Origin: Hydrocarboniclastica marina
GTDB taxonomy: Bacteria > Pseudomonadota > Gammaproteobacteria > Pseudomonadales > Oleiphilaceae
Assembly: GCF_004851605.1 (NCBI RefSeq)
Contig: NZ_CP031093.1
Coordinates: 2,580,692-2,604,691 of the forward strand
Direction of reading: 5' to 3'
DNA length: 24,000 bases
Position 1 is the first letter of the stretch. Every line of letters begins with the position of its first letter. A program made the position numbers and the translations under genes. The notes below the pieces were generated by a model, which saw only the letters and a program-made list of their open reading frames with translations, made no database searches and was not told the origin of the DNA. This document shows, piece by piece, positions 8,540-15,930 of the stretch.

Positions 8540-10246
8540 ACCTCACCTCCATCTTTGGCAATCACGTCTGTTTTGGCCTGCGTCGACTCTGGCCCACCTT
8601 CAACAATGACCTTGCGGAACATACCAGCGGCCGCGTGATAGGACAGGTGACAGTGGAACGCCCACTGACCGGGCGCGTCGACCTCGGTTTCCATGTAAAC
8701 CGTGGTGCCTGGCTGCACACTGACCGTGTGCTTGATCGGGTTCCATTGGTCTGCACCAACATCGAGAATGGACCACATACCGTGCAGGTGCATAGGGTGA
8801 GTCATCATGGTCTCGTTCACGAATTTGAAGCGAACTCGCTCACCGTATTTGAGACGAATTGGGTCTGCGTCTTCGTACTTGACGCCATTAATGCTCCAGG
8901 TATAGCGCTCCATATTGCCGGTCAAACGAAGCTCAATTTCCCGGGTCGGTTCGCGGTCTTCATACAGTGGATCTTGGGCCTTCAGGTCAGCATAGGACAG
9001 GAACTTGCCGCCATTGGCTGCCGTGGGTACAAGGCCACTTCCCTTGGCGTAAAAGGGGTCGCTTTGGCCGCCTTTTCCCATCGCCATGGAACCATGATCC
9101 ATGCCTTCCATGTTGGAATGATCCATTCCGGACATCCCTTCTGAGCTATTCATATCCATGTCGCCATGATCCATACCGGCCATGTTGCCATGGTCCATGC
9201 CGGGCATACCGCTCATGTCTGCCATAGTCAGGCGCGCCGGATCACGCAGTTGCGGAACAGCCGCTTCCATACCTTCTTCGGGGGCCAACGTTGCCCTGGC
9301 ATAGCCGGAACGCCCCATGGATTCAGCGAAAATGGTGTAGGCCTGCTCATCTTTCGGGTGGACGATCACATCATAGGTTTCCGCCACACCGATCCGGAAC
9401 TCGTCCACGTTAACGGGCTGAACGTTGTTGCCATCGGCCTGTACAACCGTCATGTCCAGACCGGGAATCCGTATGTCGAAGTAGGTCATGGCCGAGGAGT
9501 TGATGAACCGCAGCCGGATGCGTTCTCCGGGCTCAAAAAGGCCAGTCCAGTTCTGCTCGGGACCTTTGCCGTTGATCAGGCCCGTAAAGCCCTGCAAGTC
9601 CTCAACGTCCGCTTTCATCATCCGCATGTCACCCCAGGCCATGCGGTCCCGAATGGTGTTCATCAGACCGTTTTTGGACGCGTCCGAAAAAAACTCCCCC
9701 ACGGTTTGCTGCTCACGGTTGTAGTAATCCGGCATCATTTTCAGGTTGCGCATGATGCGGTCACCGGAATGGGGGTGCTTGTCAGTCAGCTGCACCACGT
9801 ATTCACGATCGTAGCGGAATGGCTCACGGCCCTCGGGCTCGATGACAATGGCACCATAGGCGCCGTCCGGCTCCTGAAAACCAGAGTGGCTGTGGAACCA
9901 GTAGGTGCCTGCCTGCTGGATAGAAAACTCATAGGTAAAGGTTTCACCCGGCTTGATGCCCGGGAAACTGATACCAGGCACACCGTCCTGGTTAAAAGGA
10001 AGGATCAGGCCGTGCCAGTGAATGGACGTCATCTCATCCAGGTTGTTGGTCACGTTGATCCGGACGTTCTCGCCTTCCTTGAAACGCATTACCGGTCCCG
10101 GAGATGCGCCGTTGTATCCAATGCCTTCCTTCACAAAATCGCCGGTATCAATTTTTACCCCGGTCGACCGTAAGGTCGTATTCGCCGGCCAGAACCATGG
10201 CTGGCATCAGCAGGCTCAAAAGCCCTGTCAAAAAGCGTGGTTTCAT
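8536..10246 (-). pseudogene. pcoA: Copper-resistance multicopper oxidase (CopA/PcoA type); a frameshift separates the signal peptide from the enzyme body
   Basis: Body 8536..10134 carries HWHG, WFHSHSG, HPMHLHG and HCHLSYH copper sites and a Met/His-rich MDHGxM repeat. A 32-codon ORF (10246..10148), MKPRFLTGLLSLLMPAMVLAGEYDLTVDRGKN*, encodes the signal peptide and first strand in another frame. Removing one G from GGGG (plus C4 at 10158-10161) gives ...EYDLTVDRVKIDTGDFVKEGIGYNG.... GGAG SD precedes 10246. Confidence 0.8.
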
Positions 10247-10330
10247 CTGTGTTGCTCCGAACTACACGTCATTGAAGCCGGGCCGAGAAACGTGTCTCAG
10301 CCCCGCGCTCGCGGACCTCAGTTAAGCGAG

Positions 10331-10864
10331 TTACTCGAAATTGACCTCACCGTACATCCCGGCCTGATAGTGGCCCGGCACGTTGCAGGCAAATTCGATA
10401 TTGCCTTTATCAGAGAACTTCCATACCACTTCTTTACTTTGGCCCGGTTCCAGCAACACGCTGTTCGGGTCGTCATGCTTCATGGAATGGCCATTCCCCA
10501 TATCCATATTCATCATGTCGTGGTTCAGCTTGCCGCCCTGGATGACGCCATGCTCAACCATCATCATCATTTCCTCTTGATGAGCTTCGTGCATGTCGGG
10601 AGTGCCAACACTGAACTCATGGACGAGGTTTCCCTTGTTCTCCACCACGAAGCGAACGGTTTCACCCGGCTTTACACTGATTTCTTCGGGTTCGTAGTAG
10701 TTGTCGTACATCTCGACAGTTACGGTTCGGCTGGCCTCCGACGCTTTGCCAGGTTCACCGCTTGTAGCGCCGTGCCCGTGGCCACCATCATGGGCGCCAG
10801 CCGCAAACGCTGTTGCCGACATTGAAAGCGCCATACCCGCTACGAATAGTTTTGATGCATTCAT
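10331..10864 (-). CDS. CopI-like periplasmic cupredoxin with a His/Met-rich region
   Basis: Signal peptide MNASKLFVAGMALSMSATAFA. Type-1 Cu ligands: VHEF...CNVPGHYQAGM. Met/His-rich MHEAHQEEMMMMVEHG...HDMMNMDMGNGHSMKH. GAGGA SD precedes the ATG at 10864 (track start 10918). Confidence 0.8.
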   Translation of the reverse strand: MNASKLFVAGMALSMSATAFAAGAHDGGHGHGATSGEPGKASEASRTVTVEMYDNYYEPEEISVKPGETVRFVVENKGNLVHEFSVGTPDMHEAHQEEMMMMVEHGVIQGGKLNHDMMNMDMGNGHSMKHDDPNSVLLEPGQSKEVVWKFSDKGNIEFACNVPGHYQAGMYGEVNFE

Positions 10865-10962
10865 CTTTTTATCCTCTGTAAAATATTGCTCGAAAAACAC
10901 TGCCGGATTGAGCCCCAATCTTGAGCAATGTCCAGAATCGGTTGTTACCTTCTCTCACTAAC

Positions 10963-10979
10963 CTGAATTCTTTCTGAAA
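10963..10979 (-). promoter_or_regulatory. PhoP-type box (minus strand TTTCAG-AAAGA-ATTCAG), 99 nt upstream of the copI-like start
   Basis: Plus strand reads CTGAAT-TCTTT-CTGAAA. Both hexamers are identical to the box at 14338. The flanks (A-TCGA...TTCC) are also similar. Confidence 0.5.
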
Positions 10980-10996
10980 AACTCGAACTATTTTCC

Positions 10997-11013
10997 GTTC
11001 AGGCTGAATTCAG
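10997..11013 (+). promoter_or_regulatory. PhoP-type box (plus strand GTTCAG-GCTGA-ATTCAG), 51 nt upstream of the response-regulator start; probable autoregulation site
   Basis: This is the only copy on the plus strand, and it faces the only plus-strand target (the TCS operon). It is part of an inverted arrangement TAACCTGAATTC...GAATTCAGGTTA. Confidence 0.5.
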
Positions 11014-11063
11014 GTTAATCAGTCACACTTTCGACCGCGGACCATACATAGAAGGAAAAACTC

Positions 11064-11729
11064 ATGCGTTTACTGCTCGTCGAAGATGACCGCTTGCTTG
11101 CTGAGGGTCTGGTCAGGCAGTTGGGAAAAGCAGGTTTCAGCGTTGATACAACTCCCAGTGCCCGAGAAGCCGTCGTTCTGGGTGAGCAAGAGGATTACCG
11201 TGCTGTTGTTCTGGACCTGGGTCTACCTGATGGCAACGGGCTGGACGTATTGAGAAAGTGGCGAACGAATCACGTCAGCTGTCCGGTCTTGATTCTGACC
11301 GCGAGAGGCGATTGGCAGGATAAGGTTAACGGCTTAAAAGCCGGGGCAGACGATTACCTGGCAAAACCTTTTCAGACAGAAGAGCTAATCGCACGCCTCA
11401 ACGCACTCGTGCGTCGAAGTGAAGGAAGGATCCATACTCAGGTTAAAGCCGGCCGCTTTGAACTGGACGAAAACCGCCAGAGTCTCAAGATGGACGACGG
11501 CGTGGAACATACACTTACCGGCACCGAATTCCGGCTGCTACGTTGTTTGATGAGCCGCCCTGGCCACGTCTTTTCCAAAGAACAACTAATGGAACAGCTT
11601 TACAACTTGAATGATAGCCCGAGCGAAAACGTCATTGAGGCGTATATTCGGAGGTTAAGGAAGCTAGTGGGCAGCGAAACCATCTCAACACGACGCGGCC
11701 AGGGGTACATTTTTAATGCGATTCCTTAA
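11064..11729 (+). CDS. OmpR/PhoB-family response regulator, PhoP-like
   Basis: Receiver domain (VEDD...DLGLPDGNGLDVLRKWR...LILTARGDWQDKVNGLKAGADDYLAKPF) plus a winged-helix C-terminus (...TRRGQGYIF). From memory, the LDLGLPD..GL...R.WR.N.VS.P.L.LTAR..WQDKV pattern closely follows enterobacterial PhoP. Confidence 0.9.
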   Translation: MRLLLVEDDRLLAEGLVRQLGKAGFSVDTTPSAREAVVLGEQEDYRAVVLDLGLPDGNGLDVLRKWRTNHVSCPVLILTARGDWQDKVNGLKAGADDYLAKPFQTEELIARLNALVRRSEGRIHTQVKAGRFELDENRQSLKMDDGVEHTLTGTEFRLLRCLMSRPGHVFSKEQLMEQLYNLNDSPSENVIEAYIRRLRKLVGSETISTRRGQGYIFNAIP

Positions 11730-13050
11730 AAAGCCTGCGTCCGTAAAAGGAACCTTGCTTGCGCTGTTACTGCCCGCCGGAATTGGTCTAATGGGGGTGG
11801 CGTGGTTGGTCCATGGCTTGCTGCTCGACCGAATGTCTCGGGAATTCGTTGAAAGCCGACTGAAAGATGAAGTCGTTTTCCTTGAGCACCAGATTCGCGA
11901 CGCGAATGGTGAAGTTGACACTCTCCAGACGGGCGATTATTTCCAGGATGTTTTTCATCATGCCTTTGCCATACATACACCCGAACAGACCATCATTTCA
12001 CCCGATACTTGGGAGCCCTTGTTAACGCCTCTGATTGAAAACGAAGAAGACGGAACCGTTCGCGTAGAAGATGCCGAAACCACTGATACTCCCTTAGACA
12101 TCCTCGCCTACCGAAAGTCTTTTCAGGTCGGTGAAACACCCATCGTCGTAATCGTTTCTGAAGATCTGGGTGCGCTGAAACGCAGCCAAGCTGCACTTCA
12201 TACCTGGACCGCCGTAGTATCAGTTCTGTTGATTATGCTCTTGGTCGCCGTGCTCTGGTTCGGAATCACGATGTCCATGCGACCGGTTGTCACACTCAAA
12301 GCCGCATTAAAAAGACTCCAGGACGGAGAGATCTCCCGAATCAACGTTCAGTCGCCAGAGGAGTTCCACCCGCTGGTTCTTCAACTAAATCAGTTGCTGG
12401 ACTCCTTAGATCAGCGACTGGAGCGCTCCAGGGACGCTCTCGCAAACCTGTCTCATAGCGTCAAAACCCCCATCGCAGCCGTCCGGCAGATACTGGAAGA
12501 CGACACACGTCCTCTCGACACCAATCTAAGGCGCCAGATGGTGGAGCGACTAAGCGATATCGACAGGCAATTAGAAGCTGAAATGCGTCGAAGCCGTTTT
12601 GCAGGGCCCCAGATTGGAAAAAGCGCCTACCCCATAAAACAGGCACGGGATCTTTTGTGGATGCTCGGTCGTTTATATCCGGAAAAGTCGTTTGAACTAT
12701 CGAGTTCTCTGCCTGAAGACAGCCGATGGCCGATAGAAGAACATGATCTAAATGAAGTATTGGGCAACTTACTCGACAATGCTGGCAAATGGTCTTCGAG
12801 ATGCGTAGAGCTCTCTGTGGAACAAGGCAGCGGCTTCAAGCGAATAGTTGTTGCTGATGATGGCCCAGGGGTTAATCACAAGGATTTAGCCAGTTTGGGC
12901 CAAAGGGGTCTGCGGCTAGATGAGCAAACACCTGGGCACGGTCTCGGCCTTGCTATCGTTCGAGATATAGTGACTCGCTATGAAGGTAAAATCAGCTTTT
13001 CGACTAAGTCCTGTAGCGGTTTACGCGTTTCTATCGAATTATTAAGATAA
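11716..13050 (+). CDS. Sensor histidine kinase, PhoQ-like
   Basis: Two TM helices flank an acidic periplasmic domain of about 150 aa. HAMP region. H-box LSHSVKTPIAAV, N-box LGNLLDNAGKW, DDGPGV, GHGLGLAIV. Overlaps the regulator gene by 14 nt. Confidence 0.9.
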   Translation: MRFLKKPASVKGTLLALLLPAGIGLMGVAWLVHGLLLDRMSREFVESRLKDEVVFLEHQIRDANGEVDTLQTGDYFQDVFHHAFAIHTPEQTIISPDTWEPLLTPLIENEEDGTVRVEDAETTDTPLDILAYRKSFQVGETPIVVIVSEDLGALKRSQAALHTWTAVVSVLLIMLLVAVLWFGITMSMRPVVTLKAALKRLQDGEISRINVQSPEEFHPLVLQLNQLLDSLDQRLERSRDALANLSHSVKTPIAAVRQILEDDTRPLDTNLRRQMVERLSDIDRQLEAEMRRSRFAGPQIGKSAYPIKQARDLLWMLGRLYPEKSFELSSSLPEDSRWPIEEHDLNEVLGNLLDNAGKWSSRCVELSVEQGSGFKRIVVADDGPGVNHKDLASLGQRGLRLDEQTPGHGLGLAIVRDIVTRYEGKISFSTKSCSGLRVSIELLR

Positions 13051-13116
13051 AATCGAATGTTCGCTTTTGTTTAAAAGCCCATCTTTGAGACTGGTCAAAG
13101 CTCGAATAATCATGTT

Positions 13117-13332
13117 CTATGAAACAGCTCCCTCTTGCCATTTTTTAATCACGTTCCGCAGTTTTAAGAGCCCCGCCTCAGTGTCCATCAGCGTGACCGG
13201 CGCTTGATTGCCTATAGCCCGGATCGGAGATGACAGCCATAGTTCAGCTTTCAGTCTATCGTCTTCGAAAAGCTCCAGAACCTCACAATAGACCTGCTCT
13301 CTCAGCTCGGCCACAGCCCGCTCTTCACTCAT
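13117..13332 (-). CDS. Stand-alone DUF2384 (ParS/MbcA/Xre antitoxin toxin-binding domain) protein, copy A
   Basis: MSEERAVAELREQVYCEVLELFEDDRLKAELWLSSPIRAIGNQAPVTLMDTEAGLLKLRNVIKKWQEGAVS fits the DUF2384 pattern W(L/M)..P...LGG..P..L..T..G...V...L..I..G. AGGAG SD lies 7 nt before the ATG at 13332 (track start 13401). Confidence 0.65.
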   Translation of the reverse strand: MSEERAVAELREQVYCEVLELFEDDRLKAELWLSSPIRAIGNQAPVTLMDTEAGLLKLRNVIKKWQEGAVS

Positions 13333-13393
13333 ATCAATACTCCTGTAGTGATCAACTAATCCCCGACAAATTGGTTGGCTCCTGGCCAATTGC

Positions 13394-13436
13394 TTGGTCA
13401 AACACTGTGATCGTGTATTGTGGAATTCGACCGGTC
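13394..13436 (+). promoter_or_regulatory. Candidate sigma-70 promoter (TTGGTC-N16-TATTGT) and palindromic operator GACCGGTC for small-protein gene A
   Basis: -35 at 13394-13399, -10 at 13416-13421, palindrome at 13429-13436. All three elements are conserved in the diverged inverted copy at 18301-18343. Confidence 0.4.
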
Positions 13437-13465
13437 AAAAATCTAATTTCACAAGAGATTTATCT

Positions 13466-13714
13466 ATGAAGAACGTACTCGACCAAATCAGTTCATTGCT
13501 CAAAGAAGCGCTGGCTGTCGCAGAAACTCTCGATGGCTTCAAAGGGAGCACAGCGACACTGGATTTGTCCTGTTTCGACGGCAGCACCGCCACTATCACC
13601 GAGACGCTCGACAACCTGTGCGATGACACCGACACCTCAGGATCGTGCTGCGCAACCAGACCGTTGCAGCAGGCCCTGGTAACTGGGCATGGACACGGCG
13701 TAGAGCAGTCGTAA
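13466..13714 (+). CDS. Small acidic Ser/Thr-rich protein, paralog A (82 aa), unknown function
   Basis: MKNVLDQISSLLKEALAVAETLDGFKGSTATLDLSCFDGSTATITETLDNLCDDTDTSGS.... By hand alignment, 31 of the first 60 residues are identical to the protein at 18264..18010. The in-frame upstream extension in the track is in a different frame relative to the homologous DNA of copy C, so the ATG at 13466 is preferred. Confidence 0.55.
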   Translation: MKNVLDQISSLLKEALAVAETLDGFKGSTATLDLSCFDGSTATITETLDNLCDDTDTSGSCCATRPLQQALVTGHGHGVEQS

Positions 13715-13892
13715 ACTCCGGAGAAATTCCGCCCGCGACCAGTAGGATGCGCGCGTGTCGAGGAGAACGGACCCAATGTATGCGCAGATCCAGCGCCATA
13801 TCCTGTATCAAATGCTGCGCATGGGAGCCGATAGCCGGATAGACAGATACCGGGGCTTTAGACGCTAGACGGGCAAGCCAGGTCACTGCCAT
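13596..13892 (-). pseudogene. NuoB-like (complex I 20-kDa subunit family) fragment lacking the Fe-S cysteines and the C-terminal half
   Basis: MAVTWLARLASKAPVSVYPAIGSHAQHLIQDMALDLRIHWVRSPRHARILLVAGGISPEFTTALRRVHAQLPGPAATVW.... By recollection of the NuoB pattern, it aligns with ...FGLACCAIEM...RFG...ASPRQAD..IVAGT......ALR.VYDQMPEPK.V. The CC pair is replaced by HA. Recognisable similarity stops near 13653. The ATG overlaps the nuoA-like stop by 10 nt and GGAGG lies upstream. Confidence 0.5.
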
Positions 13893-14236
13893 TTGAAGGC
13901 ACCCTCCCGCCAGCCATAAACGATACCCACGGAAAGGATGGCCAGAAACATCCCCATCTCGACCAGGGCCTTGACCCCCTCCTCCACGTAGACAACCGCC
14001 CATGGATACATGAACATCATCTCCATCTCGAAAGCGATCAAGAGCAGCGTCATGGGATAATAGCGGACGTGGAACCGGCTCCAGGCGTGGGTGTCAGGTG
14101 CTCCGCCCCCAAGAAAGGGCGCACGTTGAGGCCAGGACGGTTTTGCCGTCGAGAAAGGACTGCAGATCACCAGCAGCCCTGCTGTGAATGTCGCGATGCT
14201 GATAGTCATCAGTGTCGCTAGCTCCGTTAGCTCCAT
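13883..14236 (-). CDS. NuoA/ND3-like three-TM membrane protein (orphan)
   Basis: 117 aa. ...RFHVRYYPMTLLLIAFEMEMMFMYPWAVVY...LVEMGMFLAILSVGIVYGWREGAFKWQ matches the NuoA/Nqo7 layout (F.V.FY.VA..F..FD.E..FL.PWA......G.Y.W..G...W). The usual YE(S/C)G is replaced by FLGGG. GGGAG SD. Confidence 0.7.
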   Translation of the reverse strand: MELTELATLMTISIATFTAGLLVICSPFSTAKPSWPQRAPFLGGGAPDTHAWSRFHVRYYPMTLLLIAFEMEMMFMYPWAVVYVEEGVKALVEMGMFLAILSVGIVYGWREGAFKWQ

Positions 14237-14337
14237 GCCAACAGTCTCCCTTCCATCTTTGCCAGAGCCGGATCCATCCGTTGGGTTCTAGGACTATCTT
14301 AAGGCAGCGTGCAACGCTTTGAGGATCTCAGCCAAAA

Positions 14338-14354
14338 CTGAATTCAAACTGAAA
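14338..14354 (-). promoter_or_regulatory. PhoP-type box (minus strand TTTCAG-TTTGA-ATTCAG), 102 nt upstream of the nuoA-like start
   Basis: Plus strand reads CTGAAT-TCAAA-CTGAAA. Both hexamers are identical to 10963-10979. An extra GTTCAG half-site (plus CTGAAC at 14365-14370) lies 11 nt upstream on the minus strand. Confidence 0.5.
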
Positions 14355-14677
14355 ATTCGATGTTCCTGAACGGTTGGTAATTCTCACTCCTCCATTGCCG
14401 ACAGGTTGCCGCCAACTGTATCGTGATTCTAGGCGCCTCTGAGCCGTACCGACGGTGTGTTACGTCATTATTGAACAGAGCTGAAGCTGGCGGTCTAATC
14501 TCGCTTATGAACACGTATTAGGGGCCATGCCCTAGTGACCCGCTCCCCTCTGCTAAAACTGAGGGCTTACCCTTTCAGCATATATTGGCTCGTCTTGAGC
14601 TCAGATCTGCCAACAGAAAGCCAACCAGATTTCTCGCGAGCCTCACAGAAAGTTCAGTAACAAATCGTGGGACTGGC

Positions 14678-14887
14678 TTAGCTGAAGTCACCGGCCTCTA
14701 TCTTACGGAGCACTTCCGAAACCCTACATCGTCCTTCAGTCGTATTTAGAAGCTCGATCGGACTTTTGCCGCCCAGAGCTAGAACCGGGCTGTGGAGCCA
14801 TTCTTCTGCAGCGACCTGTGACTCCCATACCTCACGAGCTTGACGAAGTACGCGAGCGGTGTCGTGATTTCCTACGATGTTCTCCAT
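14678..14887 (-). CDS. Stand-alone DUF2384 antitoxin-domain protein, copy B
   Basis: MENIVGNHDTARVLRQAREVWESQVAAEEWLHSPVLALGGKSPIELLNTTEGRCRVSEVLRKIEAGDFS carries the canonical DUF2384 core WL.SP..ALGGKSP..LL.T..G. Start is 14887 (GAGG upstream) or 14902. Confidence 0.65.
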   Translation of the reverse strand: MENIVGNHDTARVLRQAREVWESQVAAEEWLHSPVLALGGKSPIELLNTTEGRCRVSEVLRKIEAGDFS

Positions 14888-14965
14888 ACATGCAGACCTC
14901 AATGATTAAGTGACCTGTCCACTAGAGAATAAGTGGCCGCTGATCTGGCAGCGACAGCGCCAAGC

Positions 14966-14995
14966 TTAAGATAGCAGCAGGTCATTCGATATAAT
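14966..14995 (+). promoter_or_regulatory. Candidate sigma-70 promoter TTAAGA-N18-TATAAT reading into a region with no convincing ORF
   Basis: Perfect TATAAT at 14990-14995 and TTAAGA at 14966-14971. It is divergent from DUF2384 copy B. Confidence 0.3.
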
Positions 14996-15816
14996 GTTGC
15001 CCCACCTTGGTGTTGCCACGAAGCGAAGTGCACCAAAAGTGTATCTTTAGTCAACTTTCTGATCCTTGGATGGGCTATGGGTGGCCGGGGATTTCAGCAA
15101 AGGTTCACGATTGGTACACAATTGGTCGACTGTCAGCATTACGTCGAAGCCAGCACCACCGATGTGCACGCTTGTTTCGCTATTTCAGATTGCACTCATT
15201 CTCGGCTAATTACGTCAAAGTCGCGTTTACTCTACTGGACATCGACACACTTGTTTCAGACAATACCCGTGCATTGAGGCATTGCCTCAGCTGCGTCTAG
15301 CTGGGACCGTAAAATAAACAGCACGCGAAAATATCGGGTTAAACGACTCGCTCAGCAATGCCCTTCTTCGGGGCCCCTCCTATAAAGTTCCTCAGGACTC
15401 CCTTAAACGCCAGGTTTGGCATCAATAGCACCAACATCTCTCAATTTCTCTGTTCTGGTTATATGACCTTAAAAAATTGAGATGCATTAGGCTGGATGGA
15501 GCTCACCGCCTGCTATCAGGCATTCCTAAGCTTTATTCCAACATCACGAGCAACGAAACCCTGAACGAAACCTCAGGCTGGGTGGACTACCCGTAGTCAG
15601 CGGTGCGTCATCATCGTCACCACTCAATCATCGCTCTCGCCCTAACCCACCACAGAACTGGTGCCCCAACCTCACATCTCGCGCTGACTGCGTGAAGCCC
15701 ACCCCGGCCAGAAATGGTACCGCTGGTTTGTGAGGAACAATCAATCGCGCACGCAGCAGCGCAAACGGAGACCCGGAGCCATGATCTGGAAATGGTTAAA
15801 ACTGACTCAGCAGACG

Positions 15817-15858
15817 GGGGCAGGGTCTACGAGTGTGGAAACCAGACGGCCCTGCCCC
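15817..15858 (+). other. Stable hairpin (9-bp GC-rich stem, 24-nt loop) about 70 nt upstream of the recombinase gene
   Basis: GGGGCAGGG (15817-15825) pairs with CCCTGCCCC (15850-15858). CAGACGG occurs as a direct repeat just before each arm. No T-tract follows. Confidence 0.4.
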
Positions 15859-15930
15859 AGATGCTGAGGGTTTGCCACACAACATGCTGCACACAATGAG
15901 AGGAGAAGATCGTTAACAGGAAAACATGAG

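Noticed and set aside
9166-10825. 335-aa and 267-aa plus-strand ORFs opposite the multicopper oxidase and the cupredoxin gene
   Set aside because: They are antisense shadow ORFs. The minus strand encodes complete copper-site motifs and signal peptides, and the plus ORFs have no SD or recognisable domain.
13051-13116. att-type direct repeat of the tRNA-Thr 3' end at the left border of the accessory segment, and a terminator hairpin CTTTGA-N6-TCAAAG
   Set aside because: I could find no match to the tRNA 3' sequence anywhere else in the window. The hairpin is short, AT-rich and lacks a T-tract.
13466-13714. Small acidic proteins as RiPP precursors (Cys/Ser/Thr-rich tail SGSCCATRP)
   Set aside because: The Cys-rich tail is not conserved in paralog C, it lies in the suspected junction read-through, and no modification enzymes are nearby.
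13715-13842. 30-aa plus ORF MYAQIQRHILYQMLRMGADSRIDRYRGFRR with a GAGGAG upstream, and the 65-aa ORF 13645..13842
   Set aside because: Both are antisense to the best-conserved part of the NuoB-like sequence and show no similarity to the second gene of module C.
13893-14003. N-terminal extension of the NuoB-like ORF (track 13596..14003)
   Set aside because: The extension is Gly/Arg-rich and lies entirely inside the nuoA-like coding sequence. The ATG at 13892 has a GGAGG SD and gives the classic nuoA-nuoB overlap.
14355-14677. Remnant of a RES toxin downstream of DUF2384 copy B
   Set aside because: Hand translation of all three minus-strand frames gave only short stop-interrupted peptides with no R-E-S-like motifs. 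This is not excluded if further frameshift errors exist.
15067-15105. Fourth, degraded DUF2384 C-terminus on the plus strand (LDGLWVAGDFS, resembling IEAGDFS of copy B)
   Set aside because: Only about 15 nt of similarity (12/15 by hand). There are stops immediately upstream in that frame and no WL..P..LGG core in any frame.
15561-15577. CTGAAC-GAAAC-CTCAGG as another PhoP-type box
   Set aside because: The second hexamer is degenerate (CTCAGG) and no gene lies at the appropriate distance. It also overlaps the AACGAAACC direct repeat, which explains it better.
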